From contig JBGSTK010000147.1 of assembly GCA_041736565.1 (NCBI GenBank), forward strand, positions 55,473-119,472: a stretch of DNA of 64,000 bases, written 5' to 3'. Shown here in pieces: positions 55,414-64,000 of this stretch. Every line of letters starts with the position of its first letter. Position 1 is the stretch's first letter. The stretch comes from Phycisphaeraceae bacterium. Lineage in GTDB: Bacteria; Planctomycetota; Phycisphaerae; Phycisphaerales; Phycisphaeraceae. Both the position numbers and the translations under genes were made by a program. The notes under the pieces are model-generated. The model saw only the letters and a program-made list of their open reading frames with translations. It made no database searches and was not told where the DNA came from.

Positions 55414-57552
55414 TTACTGCCAGTTCCTCACCATGGGGAATCGCTTTGGCGATGGTGTACGGTTGTGTTCGACGGCTCTGCGGAGGGCTTGTTCCATTTG
55501 GGCTGGGTTGTCGGGGCTGGCTGGGGCTGTTTGGCGGTAACGCTGTTCACTGTGGTGCCGCAGGAGCGTCTCGGCTGCACCCTTGAGCATGGCCTGAAGC
55601 CGCTCGCTGTCGCCGAGTGACGCCCGCTCGACCTCTTCCTCGGCAGCGGTCGCCAGGGGTGTCAGGTCGCCCCGTTCCCGTTCCGCCAGTGTCGCCAGGA
55701 TGCCTCGCAGGGTGGGAGGCGGACCTTCGAGCAGGTGTTCGTAAATCACGCCGAAAAGCTGCCGACCGGGTCGCGTGACGAACTCTGCGGGGCTGATGGC
55801 CTCATCGAGGGTGGAGCCGTCGCTGAGCGTCAGGTGGAAGAGTTCCGGTGCCCGCATTAAGCAGCCCATCAGGTGATTCTCCGCCACCCTCAGAGCCTTA
55901 ATCCTAGTAGCGCCCAGCGTTAAAACAAGAGATTCCTCGTCATTTTGGATCAAATCGTCGGATGATTGTTCGTGATCCTCGCCTGCGGGGGGGTTAGGCA
56001 AGGTGGGGCGTTGGCTTGACGCGGGGTAGTCCGGGTTTTGGGAGGCTTGAGGGCCTTGGCTTGCTTGGGCGCGGATCGGGGCACGCGGTGCCAGCTTGGC
56101 CATCGTGGCGGTGATCTGACTTTCGGGCAGGTGCAGCAATTGGCTCAACCGCTGGAGGATCATCGCCCTGCGAACCACCGTTGTGCCGGTGCCAGTTCCA
56201 CCCGTTCCGCCGCCCGGGGTCGCCTTGGCCAAACCGAGTTGCGCGAGCTTGCGCAAATAATCTTCGACCAACTTCTGCCGACCTGTCAGCGTTTCGCTCT
56301 GGCTCATCTGCTCGCTGACGCGCTTGAACTGGTAGTCCAAGGCATCCGTCGCTTTCGCCACCGCCTCGTTCCACGCTTCGAGCCCGTCGGCCCGCTCCAG
56401 CAGATCCGCGGGGTCCAGCTCATCGGGGAGCACCGCGATGGCGACGTCAAGCTGCTCGTTAAGGAACACCTCAACGGCGCGGTCGGCTGCCTTGATCCCC
56501 GCGACGTCAGCGTCGTAGATCAGCACCACCTTCTCGCAGTATCGCCGCAGTTCCGCGACGTGCTGCGATGTCAAAGCGGTGCCCAGAGTCGCCACCACAT
56601 TCTTGACCCCCGCCTGATGGCAGGCGATGACATCGGTGTAGCCTTCGACGATCACCGCCACTCGGCTGTCGATGATCGCCTTCTTCGCCAGGTGCAGGCC
56701 GTAGAGTGTGGCGCTCTTGTTAAACAGCGGCGTCTCGGGGCTGTTGAGGTACTTGGGCTCATCCTCCGGTCGAAGCTTGAGGCCACCAAAGGCGATGGGG
56801 CGCCCCAGCGCATCGCAAATGGGGAAGATGAGCCGATGCCGCAGGCGGTCGTAATGCGATGATGCCGATGGCCCTGCACCCGCGCCCTGTGCCTCCTGCC
56901 CACGATCACGGCGGGAAACCAGGCCCGCGAGTTCAAACGTCCGCGCATCCCATGCCTTGTCACGGATCATCGTCGCCAAGCCGTCCCAGCGATCCGGCGC
57001 GTAGCCCAGACCAAAGGCAGCGACCATCTCGGCACTGACGTGGCGCAGTTCGATGTACTCCCGCGCCACCCGGCCATGCTCAGCGTGCTTGAGAAGCGTC
57101 TGGAAAAACGCCATGGCTTTCTGGTTGGCCTGGCTGATGAGCTGACGTTCGGTCGGACCTTGCTGTGCAGCGCCATCCTCCCGGCCGCGCTGGGGCAACG
57201 TGATCCCCGCCCGTTCCGCCAGGTGCTTGAGCGCCTCGGGGAAGGTCATCTTGTGGTAGTTGGTGACAAACGCAAAGACATCGCCCCCCGCGCCGCAGGC
57301 AAAGCACTTGTAGATTTGCTTGATGGGTGAAACGTACATCGAGGGGTTTTTGTCGTCGTGGAAGGGACAGACGCCGATGAACTCCTTGCCTCGGGGGCGC
57401 AGCGCGACTTGCTCGCCGATGAGTCGGACGATGTCGGTGGCCTGCTGGACTTGGATTTTGGCGTCGTCTCTGTTCAAAGCGTCGCTCTCAGATGGCACGC
57501 CGGGGTCTGGCCGGGCCGATGCAATCCGCTTCTGGGGTTCACGCAATGACAA
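55414..57552 (-). CDS. dnaG: DNA primase
   Basis: Zinc finger CPFHDDKNPSMYVSPIKQIYKCFACGAGGDVFAF and Toprim segment VIVEGYTDVIACHQAG...VLIYDADVAG. Confidence 0.9.
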   Translation of the reverse strand: MSLREPQKRIASARPDPGVPSESDALNRDDAKIQVQQATDIVRLIGEQVALRPRGKEFIGVCPFHDDKNPSMYVSPIKQIYKCFACGAGGDVFAFVTNYHKMTFPEALKHLAERAGITLPQRGREDGAAQQGPTERQLISQANQKAMAFFQTLLKHAEHGRVAREYIELRHVSAEMVAAFGLGYAPDRWDGLATMIRDKAWDARTFELAGLVSRRDRGQEAQGAGAGPSASSHYDRLRHRLIFPICDALGRPIAFGGLKLRPEDEPKYLNSPETPLFNKSATLYGLHLAKKAIIDSRVAVIVEGYTDVIACHQAGVKNVVATLGTALTSQHVAELRRYCEKVVLIYDADVAGIKAADRAVEVFLNEQLDVAIAVLPDELDPADLLERADGLEAWNEAVAKATDALDYQFKRVSEQMSQSETLTGRQKLVEDYLRKLAQLGLAKATPGGGTGGTGTGTTVVRRAMILQRLSQLLHLPESQITATMAKLAPRAPIRAQASQGPQASQNPDYPASSQRPTLPNPPAGEDHEQSSDDLIQNDEESLVLTLGATRIKALRVAENHLMGCLMRAPELFHLTLSDGSTLDEAISPAEFVTRPGRQLFGVIYEHLLEGPPPTLRGILATLAERERGDLTPLATAAEEEVERASLGDSERLQAMLKGAAETLLRHHSEQRYRQTAPASPDNPAQMEQALRRAVEHNRTPSPKRFPMVRNWQ

Positions 57553-57965
57553 GAGCCGCGTCGAAGGGCCGTTGATCTATCGGGGCGTTGGTGCCGGTCG
57601 CGTCGGGTGTTTTTCCGAAAGCCGGGAGGCCGCCAATAGTGGTTCTTCGCTGGTGCTCGATTTTTCCGCTCCGAAACTCTGCTTGCTCTTCTTCCGCCGA
57701 AATCGCCATCAGAAGGTCTTGGACCCGCAGGTCGCTCGATCTTGGGATGTGCTGCTTTTTTGGCAACCATCAGGCCTGGCGTCGCCCGATGGTTCGGATG
57801 ATTGTAGCGCGGTCCGACGGGGGTCGTCGCCTCACGCAGCAAATCCGTTTGTTACGCCGGTGACCATCGGGTCACCACCAGCTGGGGCCGCAGCGAAACG
57901 TTGTTCGAAGGCAGGGGATACGCCCGTTCGTTGGCGTCGCGTCCCAACGTTCAGGCGACCCGCGA

Positions 57966-58244
57966 TCAGGCAGCCTGCTCACCCGCGGCTTCGGCACGGT
58001 AAGCAAACTTCCGCTTGAGGGGCTTGACGATCATGCCCATGCGCATGGCCTTGGTCGAGACCTTGATCCGCTGCACCGAGCCATCGATGACCGTGGTGAC
58101 GGTATGGATGTTGGGGCGGAAGGTCCGCTTGGTCTTGCCGGTGATCTTGGTACCCACGCCGCCGAGGTACTTGGCCTTGCCGCGGTGGGTGTAGGTGCGA
58201 CCGGAGGTGGTCTTTCGGCCGGTGAATTTGCAGACTCGGGGCAT
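57966..58244 (-). CDS. rpmB: 50S ribosomal protein L28
   Basis: MPRVCKFTGRKTTSGRTYTHRGKAKYLGGVGTKITGKTKRTFRPNIHTV. Confidence 0.9.
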   Translation of the reverse strand: MPRVCKFTGRKTTSGRTYTHRGKAKYLGGVGTKITGKTKRTFRPNIHTVTTVIDGSVQRIKVSTKAMRMGMIVKPLKRKFAYRAEAAGEQAA

Positions 58245-58376
58245 GATCAAACCTCGTGCTTTCGGGGCTTAGCTGACGAAACGAGCCCGCCGGGGACAAC
58301 CCCGATCAGGCGCAGTCCGGTACTCTACCACAATCCCGCCCAATGGCAAACGGCCATATTTCGCCGCGCGAATGAC

Positions 58377-58403
58377 GAGCCGGACGCGTCAGCGACGGGG
58401 TTC
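58377..58403 (+). repeat. Short dispersed repeat gagccggacgcgtYagcgacggggttc, copy 2
   Basis: See 47387-47413. Confidence 0.6.
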
Positions 58404-58737
58404 AAGCCTTAAGGAGTCCCAACAAGCTGCGAACGCCACAGGTGATGAGAATGGCCGCCCCTACAACACACGAAAAAGCCAGGATGTACAGGACCACCAG
58501 CAGGAATCGCGAATCCAGGGACCACCCCTCGGAGTCGGGCTCACCCAATGCGTGCGCCCCGATCATGATCCAAGCGCCGATCAGGAAACACCCGCCCAGC
58601 ACGATCAACCCCAGCCCGCCCGAGACCAGGACGCCGCCCACCCACATCCGCGGCGCTCCTACGACGGATATCGCTGTGGAACTTGATGTGGCAACGGCTG
58701 ATTCAGGAGTCTGGCCCATCGGAATGTCCTTGGTCAT
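58402..58737 (-). CDS. Small membrane protein
   Basis: ATG at 58737 (MTKDIPMGQ...). Three hydrophobic segments. Confidence 0.5.
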   Translation of the reverse strand: MTKDIPMGQTPESAVATSSSTAISVVGAPRMWVGGVLVSGGLGLIVLGGCFLIGAWIMIGAHALGEPDSEGWSLDSRFLLVVLYILAFSCVVGAAILITCGVRSLLGLLKA

Positions 58738-58780
58738 TTGGGATGGCGACAGTATATCACGCGTAAAGCCCCCAAAAAAC

Positions 58781-58853
58781 AAAGGGGATAAGTACATTTG
58801 TTTTGATCGAATCAGCGGAACATCTGGCCTCGGTAAATGTACTTATCCCCTTT
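58781..58853. repeat. Perfect 19-bp inverted repeat with a 35-nt spacer
   Basis: aaaggggataagtacattt (58781-58799) pairs with aaatgtacttatccccttt (58835-58853). AT-richer than the surroundings. Lies in a divergent intergenic region. Confidence 0.85.
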
Positions 58854-58957
58854 TGCTCCCCCCATTTGCTCCCCTCCCCTTCTGCCGGCAGTTTTTCGGC
58901 GGCAGGCTGGCGCGGTAGTATGGTCGCCCGGGTCCTTTACTACTCCGAGGGTCAAAA

Positions 58958-59611
58958 ATGCTGATTCCCTATCAGGTGGACGTGCCCATGGCTCGATGGC
59001 CAGTGTGCAACTTCGCCTTGATCGCAGCGATTACACTGGTATCGCTGGCGCTTGTTTTCGATCCGCAATTGACCGTGGACCATCCGCTGGTACTCAACGG
59101 CTGGAATTGGCATGGCATGCTGGGCCATATATTCGTTCATGGGGGCCTGATTCATCTAGCGGGCAACATGATTTTCCTCTGGGTCTTTGGCAATGCCGTG
59201 TGCGCCAAGATCGGCAATCTCGCCTATCTGGCGGCATTCCTGGTATTGGGCGCGATTGCCGCGGCCGCACACAATGCGTTCGATGGCTCGCCCGCCGTCG
59301 GCGCCAGCGGTGCCATCAACGGCATCGTGGGCATGTATCTCATCTTCTATCCGCTCAACGATGTGCGCTGCTTTTGGGTGTTTGCCCTGCGTGCCGGAAC
59401 GTTCGAAGTCTCGAGCATCTGGATGATCCTGCTGTGGCTTGTGTTTGACATCGCCGGGGTAGTGCTGGGCGGCGAGGGCGTGGCCTACTGGGCTCACCTG
59501 GGCGGCTTCGCGGCCGGGGTTGGTCTGGCTGCGGCCATGCTGCAGGTTCGCTGGGTTGAGATGAGTCCTGTGGAGCGGTCTCTGCTGGATGTGATGGCGG
59601 GCAGAGCGTAG
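58958..59611 (+). CDS. Rhomboid-family intramembrane serine protease
   Basis: HGGLIHLAGNMIFLWVFG, the catalytic GASGAINGIVG and the downstream AHLGGF. Confidence 0.85.
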   Translation: MLIPYQVDVPMARWPVCNFALIAAITLVSLALVFDPQLTVDHPLVLNGWNWHGMLGHIFVHGGLIHLAGNMIFLWVFGNAVCAKIGNLAYLAAFLVLGAIAAAAHNAFDGSPAVGASGAINGIVGMYLIFYPLNDVRCFWVFALRAGTFEVSSIWMILLWLVFDIAGVVLGGEGVAYWAHLGGFAAGVGLAAAMLQVRWVEMSPVERSLLDVMAGRA

Positions 59612-59652
59612 GCCGCCAATGGCGATGGCTCTGGCGTGAACGGTTCTATATC

Positions 59653-60666
59653 ATGCCCACTATGGCCACAGCGAAACTTCCGGGCGAGGGGGCGGTTCCG
59701 GTCGATGCCCAAGGGCGCTTCGCCAATGATGTGCCCTGCATTCGCTGCCACTACAACCTACGCGGTTGCCTCGCTGACGGCCGTTGCCCCGAGTGCGGCC
59801 TGGCGGCTGGTCGATCCGCCTATGGCCACTGGCTGCGTTACTGCGAGCCCACCTGGGTCGCCAACGTCTGGGTTGGCTATAACTACTTCGCCGCCATTCC
59901 CCTGGGCGCCGGCCTGATGTTTCTGGTCATGTGGTTGACCACGCAGGAAAGCGTCGTGGCCCTGCACTCCGACGTCATCGACCTGCTGGTGCCCGCGGCC
60001 GTTTTCAGTGCCACCGTCGTCGTGGGCCTCTTTGGCATCTGGCGCATCGGTACACCCGATCCCGCCAAAGTTGACATCGAGGGGGTGATGAGCCTCCGAC
60101 GCCTCACACGCATCAGCCCGTTCCTGGTCGTCGGCAATTACGTCGCCTTGGGTTTGATCGGACAGACTCTGGAACCGCAGTTTGCAGTGAGGCTCCCCGC
60201 GTGGGGCGATACGATCCTGGATGCGATGGCGCGGTGCGTGATGTTGTTACCTTTGGCCTTGCCGGTGCTGACCTTGTGGTACGGCCGCCGCCTGGCGCTG
60301 CGCGTGCCGGCCCCCAAACTCGCCCGGGCCTCGTGGATCGTGATCGTCCTGATCTTGTTCGGCGCCACCGGCAGCCTGGCGGTGGACTTCGTCTGGCAGC
60401 ACTGGCAGGATGACATCGCGATGTGGCTTTTTTACTACCAAAACCCCCATCTGCGCATGGTCCCGTACATGGGCCAACCGTGGTTCTTTCTCGCTCAACT
60501 CAACCGATGGGAGGAACGAATCCTCTACACGCTCATCGGCACCACCATCTTCGGCCTGCTGGCGATGAGCGGCGTCTTCATCGGGTACTGGCGGGTCATG
60601 CGCACACAGGCGAAGCTGGCGAGGGAATCGTGGGCCGGGACCGCAGCGCCTTCCGCCACGTCCTAA
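59653..60666 (+). CDS. Polytopic membrane protein with an N-terminal zinc ribbon (CxxCxYNLRG...CPECG)
   Basis: CIRCHYNLRGCLADGRCPECG followed by about 7 hydrophobic segments. Confidence 0.65.
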   Translation: MPTMATAKLPGEGAVPVDAQGRFANDVPCIRCHYNLRGCLADGRCPECGLAAGRSAYGHWLRYCEPTWVANVWVGYNYFAAIPLGAGLMFLVMWLTTQESVVALHSDVIDLLVPAAVFSATVVVGLFGIWRIGTPDPAKVDIEGVMSLRRLTRISPFLVVGNYVALGLIGQTLEPQFAVRLPAWGDTILDAMARCVMLLPLALPVLTLWYGRRLALRVPAPKLARASWIVIVLILFGATGSLAVDFVWQHWQDDIAMWLFYYQNPHLRMVPYMGQPWFFLAQLNRWEERILYTLIGTTIFGLLAMSGVFIGYWRVMRTQAKLARESWAGTAAPSATS

Positions 60667-60847
60667 CCCCGGGCATGCGCCCGAAGCCCGATATCGACTT
60701 GGGGCAATAAAGGTCGGATGGTATTATGACGGGCATGGCGACGTCGGGTTCGGGGCGTTTTCTGCTCCCTGCGGCAATTGACGCGTGCGTGTGGCACGAC
60801 CCGTATGGAGCGGCAACCGACTGGCGTGGCCTCTTTCGGAGTGACCC

Positions 60848-61597
60848 ATGAGCATGTCCAGATGGTTGATGTCGGTGGCGTTGATCGCATCGCTGGTGCT
60901 GATAACCCCTGCCCTTCGTGGCGAGGACGCAGCTCCGGTCAAAGAAGAGAAGCCCGCGAATAAGAAAGTCGAGAAGGCTGAGAAGGCTGAGAAGGCTGAC
61001 GAAGCCAAGGCTCCCGCCCTGCCCATGCCCTATCGCATCATGGTCGGCGAACTCCAACTCACCGAGCAGCAGGTGGCGGACATGCTGGTGAAGGTCGCAG
61101 CGGTCAAGGAAGCCGAGGTTGCGTACGACAAGGAACACGGCGAGGCGATCGCGGCCGCCAAGAAGGCCACAGCCGACGCCAAGGCAGGCGGCGATGAGGC
61201 GGCGATCAAGGCGGCGACGGCCGAGGAAAAGAAGCTCGTCGCTCAACGTGATAAAGCGCTGGCGGAGCCCAAGGCTGCGGTCATGGCGGTGCTCACACCA
61301 CAACAGGCTGCCAAGTGGAAGTGCTACTACATGTGGACCGGCGCCCTCAACTCCTTTAAGAAAGCCAACCTGAGCGACGAGCAGAAGGACAAGGCCAAAG
61401 CCATTTGCTACAGCTACAGCGCGCAGGTTGAAGGGCTCAAGGCTGACGACAAGAAAGGCATGGAGCAGATTCGCGCCGCAGCCAAGAAGCGCATCGTCGA
61501 TGAAGTGCTCAGCGATGAACAGAAAGCACTGCTGCCCCAGGACGCACCGGGCAAGGAAGCCAAGCCCGCCCCCGCCAAGGAAGAAAAGAAAAACTGA
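60848..61597 (+). CDS. Secreted Lys/Ala-rich protein with repeated LTxxQ-like motifs (Spy/CpxP-like)
   Basis: Signal peptide MSMSRWLMSVALIASLVLITPALRG. Motifs LTEQQ, LTPQQ and LSDEQK (twice). Confidence 0.65.
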   Translation: MSMSRWLMSVALIASLVLITPALRGEDAAPVKEEKPANKKVEKAEKAEKADEAKAPALPMPYRIMVGELQLTEQQVADMLVKVAAVKEAEVAYDKEHGEAIAAAKKATADAKAGGDEAAIKAATAEEKKLVAQRDKALAEPKAAVMAVLTPQQAAKWKCYYMWTGALNSFKKANLSDEQKDKAKAICYSYSAQVEGLKADDKKGMEQIRAAAKKRIVDEVLSDEQKALLPQDAPGKEAKPAPAKEEKKN

Positions 61598-61631
61598 GTT
61601 GATGTAGTCGCTGTCCCGCTACTTTCAACCC

Positions 61632-61668
61632 ACGCCGATCATGTTCACATGGTCGGCGTTTTCTTTGT
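61632..61668 (+). terminator. Hairpin terminator shared by convergent genes
   Basis: acgccgatcatg-ttca-catggtcggcgt followed by tttctttgtt. The minus-strand GT gene's stop codon lies in the loop. Confidence 0.5.
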
Positions 61669-62871
61669 TCCGGGATGTCGCTCGGCTACGACGACGTGGA
61701 GCAGGTCCTCCAACTCCGCGACATGCCTGGCCATGGACAGCCCTGCGCCGACCTCGGCTGCACGCTTTGCCATACGCTCCCGCAGCGTGATGGATGTCAT
61801 CGCCGCCATGGCATCGCGCCAGGCTTCGACGCTCTGGTGCTGATCGATCAGCAATCCCGCCGCAGCGGAGTCAAGCCCGATCAATGCCGCGAGCACCTTG
61901 ACCGGGCTGGCTGTCACGACAGGTCGGCCCAGCGTCAGGGCATCGACGACCGCGTGGTTCAACGTCGGTGCGGAGGCGGGCGCCAGGATGACATCGGCCG
62001 CAGCCAGCACATCGCCGGGGTGTCGCGTGGCAGCGAGGATGCGCACGCGTTCACGGATGCCCAGGGCTGCGGCTTGGGCCTGATGGGCATAGCACGTCTC
62101 GCCCGCCAGCATCAGGGTGACATGAGGCGACTGCACCACCATCGCGGCAAAGGCACGCATGACGGTGAGGATGGACTGTCGCTGTGCATCGATGACGTTG
62201 AGCACGAACAGCGTGTTCTCCGCTGGGACATGGAACCCTTCGCGCACTCGCCGCCGTGCTGCCTCAGCATCGTGGAGTTCCTGAGGTGACAACGTGCCGG
62301 CCAGCGGCAGATGCGCCAGCTTTGGAGCAAGATGCGGATCACTGGCCTCGAAGCCACCTGCCATCTCATCGGTAACCGTCACCACGCGCTGCAGCCGGAG
62401 ATCAGCCAGTGTCGTCCGTTGCATTCGCGCGAGAGTTCGTGACCGAGGGCTCAACCATGTCCGCATGCTCCTGAGCATGCCGCCAAAGCCGTCGCCCCCC
62501 CACTGCACCGGCGCTGCCCATGTGTGCAGCACCTGCGCGGGGATGAGTGCTGAGGTCGAAAGGCTGACATCCACATGCAGGCGTGGGACCTGCATCGAGG
62601 CCCAGGCGGCAAACTTCCGGAGCTGTCGCGTTCCCCCGTAGTAGGTTTTGCCGGGCATGACGTGCAGCGTCACCCCAGCCTTGGGCGGTGCATCGGGCGA
62701 TGGGCTCGGCAACAGGTGCGGCTCATCGCATCGCGCCGCAAGCAGGTGAACCTCGTGGCCCCGCTGCACCAATTGCCGTAGCAACGCCAGATGCCAACGC
62801 TGAGGTCCGGGATCGCCGCCGGGACCGCTGGCCACCGGATCACAGCGTTCGAGAATCACCGCGAGTTTCAT
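61645..62871 (-). CDS. Glycosyltransferase (GT4/GT1-like)
   Basis: 408 aa with a GT-B-like N-terminus MKLAVILERCDP...GG...LLRQLVQRGHEVHLLA. Overlaps the upstream GT9 gene by 4 nt. Confidence 0.7.
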   Translation of the reverse strand: MKLAVILERCDPVASGPGGDPGPQRWHLALLRQLVQRGHEVHLLAARCDEPHLLPSPSPDAPPKAGVTLHVMPGKTYYGGTRQLRKFAAWASMQVPRLHVDVSLSTSALIPAQVLHTWAAPVQWGGDGFGGMLRSMRTWLSPRSRTLARMQRTTLADLRLQRVVTVTDEMAGGFEASDPHLAPKLAHLPLAGTLSPQELHDAEAARRRVREGFHVPAENTLFVLNVIDAQRQSILTVMRAFAAMVVQSPHVTLMLAGETCYAHQAQAAALGIRERVRILAATRHPGDVLAAADVILAPASAPTLNHAVVDALTLGRPVVTASPVKVLAALIGLDSAAAGLLIDQHQSVEAWRDAMAAMTSITLRERMAKRAAEVGAGLSMARHVAELEDLLHVVVAERHPGTKKTPTM

Positions 62872-63980
62872 GGGCGTTGCGTCGGCGTCGGGAGATTGGC
62901 GTTCGTGGCGGCTTTGAGCAATTCGACAGCGGGCTCATAGACCATCTCGGGTGTGATCTGCGTCATGCAGCGATGGTCCAGCGGGCAACGCTTCTTCTGA
63001 CACGGCCCGCAGAAAACCTTGACCATCACCTGCCGTTCATCAGCAAAACCGATATCGGTCCAAGCTGGATCCGTCGGGCCGAAGATGGTGACGACAGGCA
63101 CGCCCAATGCCGCGGCGATGTGGCGCGGGCCGGTGTCGTTGGTCACCATGAGCTTGGCACGCTTGACCATGCTTTTGAGCAGTGACAAGTCGCTGCCCAG
63201 GCGAGGCAGATCGAGGACGGGCGACTTCATCGCAGCGATGACTTCATCAAGAATCCCCCGCTCGCGCGGCGCGCCGCTGATGGCGATGACCGCACCCAGC
63301 TCCCGGGCGCAGCGGTCGCCCACCGCAGCGAAGCGGTCGGGATACCACATCTTGGCATCGCCATAGTTGGCACCGGGATTGAGCAGCACCAGCGGCCGGG
63401 GGTCATTCGGCGCATAGCCCGCTTTCTCAAGAATGCTCGCCGCCTTCTGATCGTGATCCGGGCGGGTGAAAACTTCCATTCGCGTCTCGGGGTCCAATGC
63501 TCCGAGATAGCGTGGCAGGCCCAGGTAATACTCGACGGCTGGGACGGGGACGAAGCGGCCCTGCGAGCGGCGCGGAAGCAGACGATCCGTGAGCAATCCG
63601 CCACGACCATCGCGGTCGTAACCGATGCGGCGTGGGATGCCCGCCATGCGCGTCAATAGCGCGGTGCGAAAGCTGTTGGCCAGGAGTACTGCGGTGTCGA
63701 ACTTGGCGGAACTGAGTCGCGCTGAGAGGGCGAAGATATTTTTGCGGCGACCGTCGGCCATGCCTTCGCGGGGCGAGCGGGTGGTGATGATGCGATCGAT
63801 CCACGGGCACGCGTCAATGATGGGTCGCACGGGGCTTTTGGCCAGGGCGGTGATACGCGCCTGGGGGTAGAGTTGGCGAAGCGCGCGAAGCGTGGGCGTG
63901 GCCATCACCGAGTCGCCGACCCAGGAGGGCATGACCACCAGGAGGCGTTGCGAGGTTTGATGTTGGGCAAGACGCGGCAT
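62868..63980 (-). CDS. waaF: GT9-family heptosyltransferase (WaaF-like)
   Basis: RLLVVMPSWVGDSVMATPTLRALRQLYPQARITAL, NDTGPRHIAAALGVPVVTIFGPTDP and a CGPCQKKRCP motif. Confidence 0.75.
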   Translation of the reverse strand: MPRLAQHQTSQRLLVVMPSWVGDSVMATPTLRALRQLYPQARITALAKSPVRPIIDACPWIDRIITTRSPREGMADGRRKNIFALSARLSSAKFDTAVLLANSFRTALLTRMAGIPRRIGYDRDGRGGLLTDRLLPRRSQGRFVPVPAVEYYLGLPRYLGALDPETRMEVFTRPDHDQKAASILEKAGYAPNDPRPLVLLNPGANYGDAKMWYPDRFAAVGDRCARELGAVIAISGAPRERGILDEVIAAMKSPVLDLPRLGSDLSLLKSMVKRAKLMVTNDTGPRHIAAALGVPVVTIFGPTDPAWTDIGFADERQVMVKVFCGPCQKKRCPLDHRCMTQITPEMVYEPAVELLKAATNANLPTPTQRP

Positions 63981-64000
63981 GGCGGGGCGTGGTTCTCGGG

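Noticed and set aside
58377-58410. tRNA fragment (GGTTCAAGCC T-loop-like string)
   Set aside because: No acceptor, D or anticodon arms can be built around it. The string belongs to a dispersed 27-bp repeat also present at 47387-47413, where the T-loop-like part differs.

Overview
High-GC (about 60-65%) bacterial chromosome. The gene content and the repeat types suggest Planctomycetota, but that is inference only. Most of the window is housekeeping: metX/metW-metY, recA, serS, tig, dut, tag, rpmB-dnaG-rpoD, ampG/anmK, argD, larB-larE-larC, a UDP-glucuronate decarboxylase and a GT9/GT4 pair. No rRNA, tRNA, CRISPR array, transposase or integrase gene was recognised.

Three regions stand out:
1. 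About 3.4-7.3 kb holds eight small minus-strand ORFs with lower GC. They are separated by roughly 100-bp imperfect palindromes bounded by YTAAC...GTTA, and stop codons often sit inside the TAAC box. This is the architecture of an integron-type cassette array with no integrase in view (CALIN-like). A smaller array of the same kind lies at about 52.1-53.4 kb.
2. 12.97-29.45 kb is a tightly packed minus-strand cluster. It encodes two MacB/LolD-type ABC ATPases, a 489-aa FtsX permease, a 1669-aa FtsX protein fused to an M28/PA-like domain whose metal-ligand motifs look mutated, two large polytopic membrane proteins, a PqqD-like protein and a 284-aa unknown. A divergent gene encodes a Met-rich secreted protein. 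I cannot match this combination to a described system.
3. 7.2-8.1 kb is a non-coding island dense in repeats, next to a SWIM-SNF2 helicase gene.

All calls come from reading the sequence and the ORF translations by eye. No searches or folding programs were run. Many long ORFs in the supplied track are antisense shadows typical of high-GC DNA.
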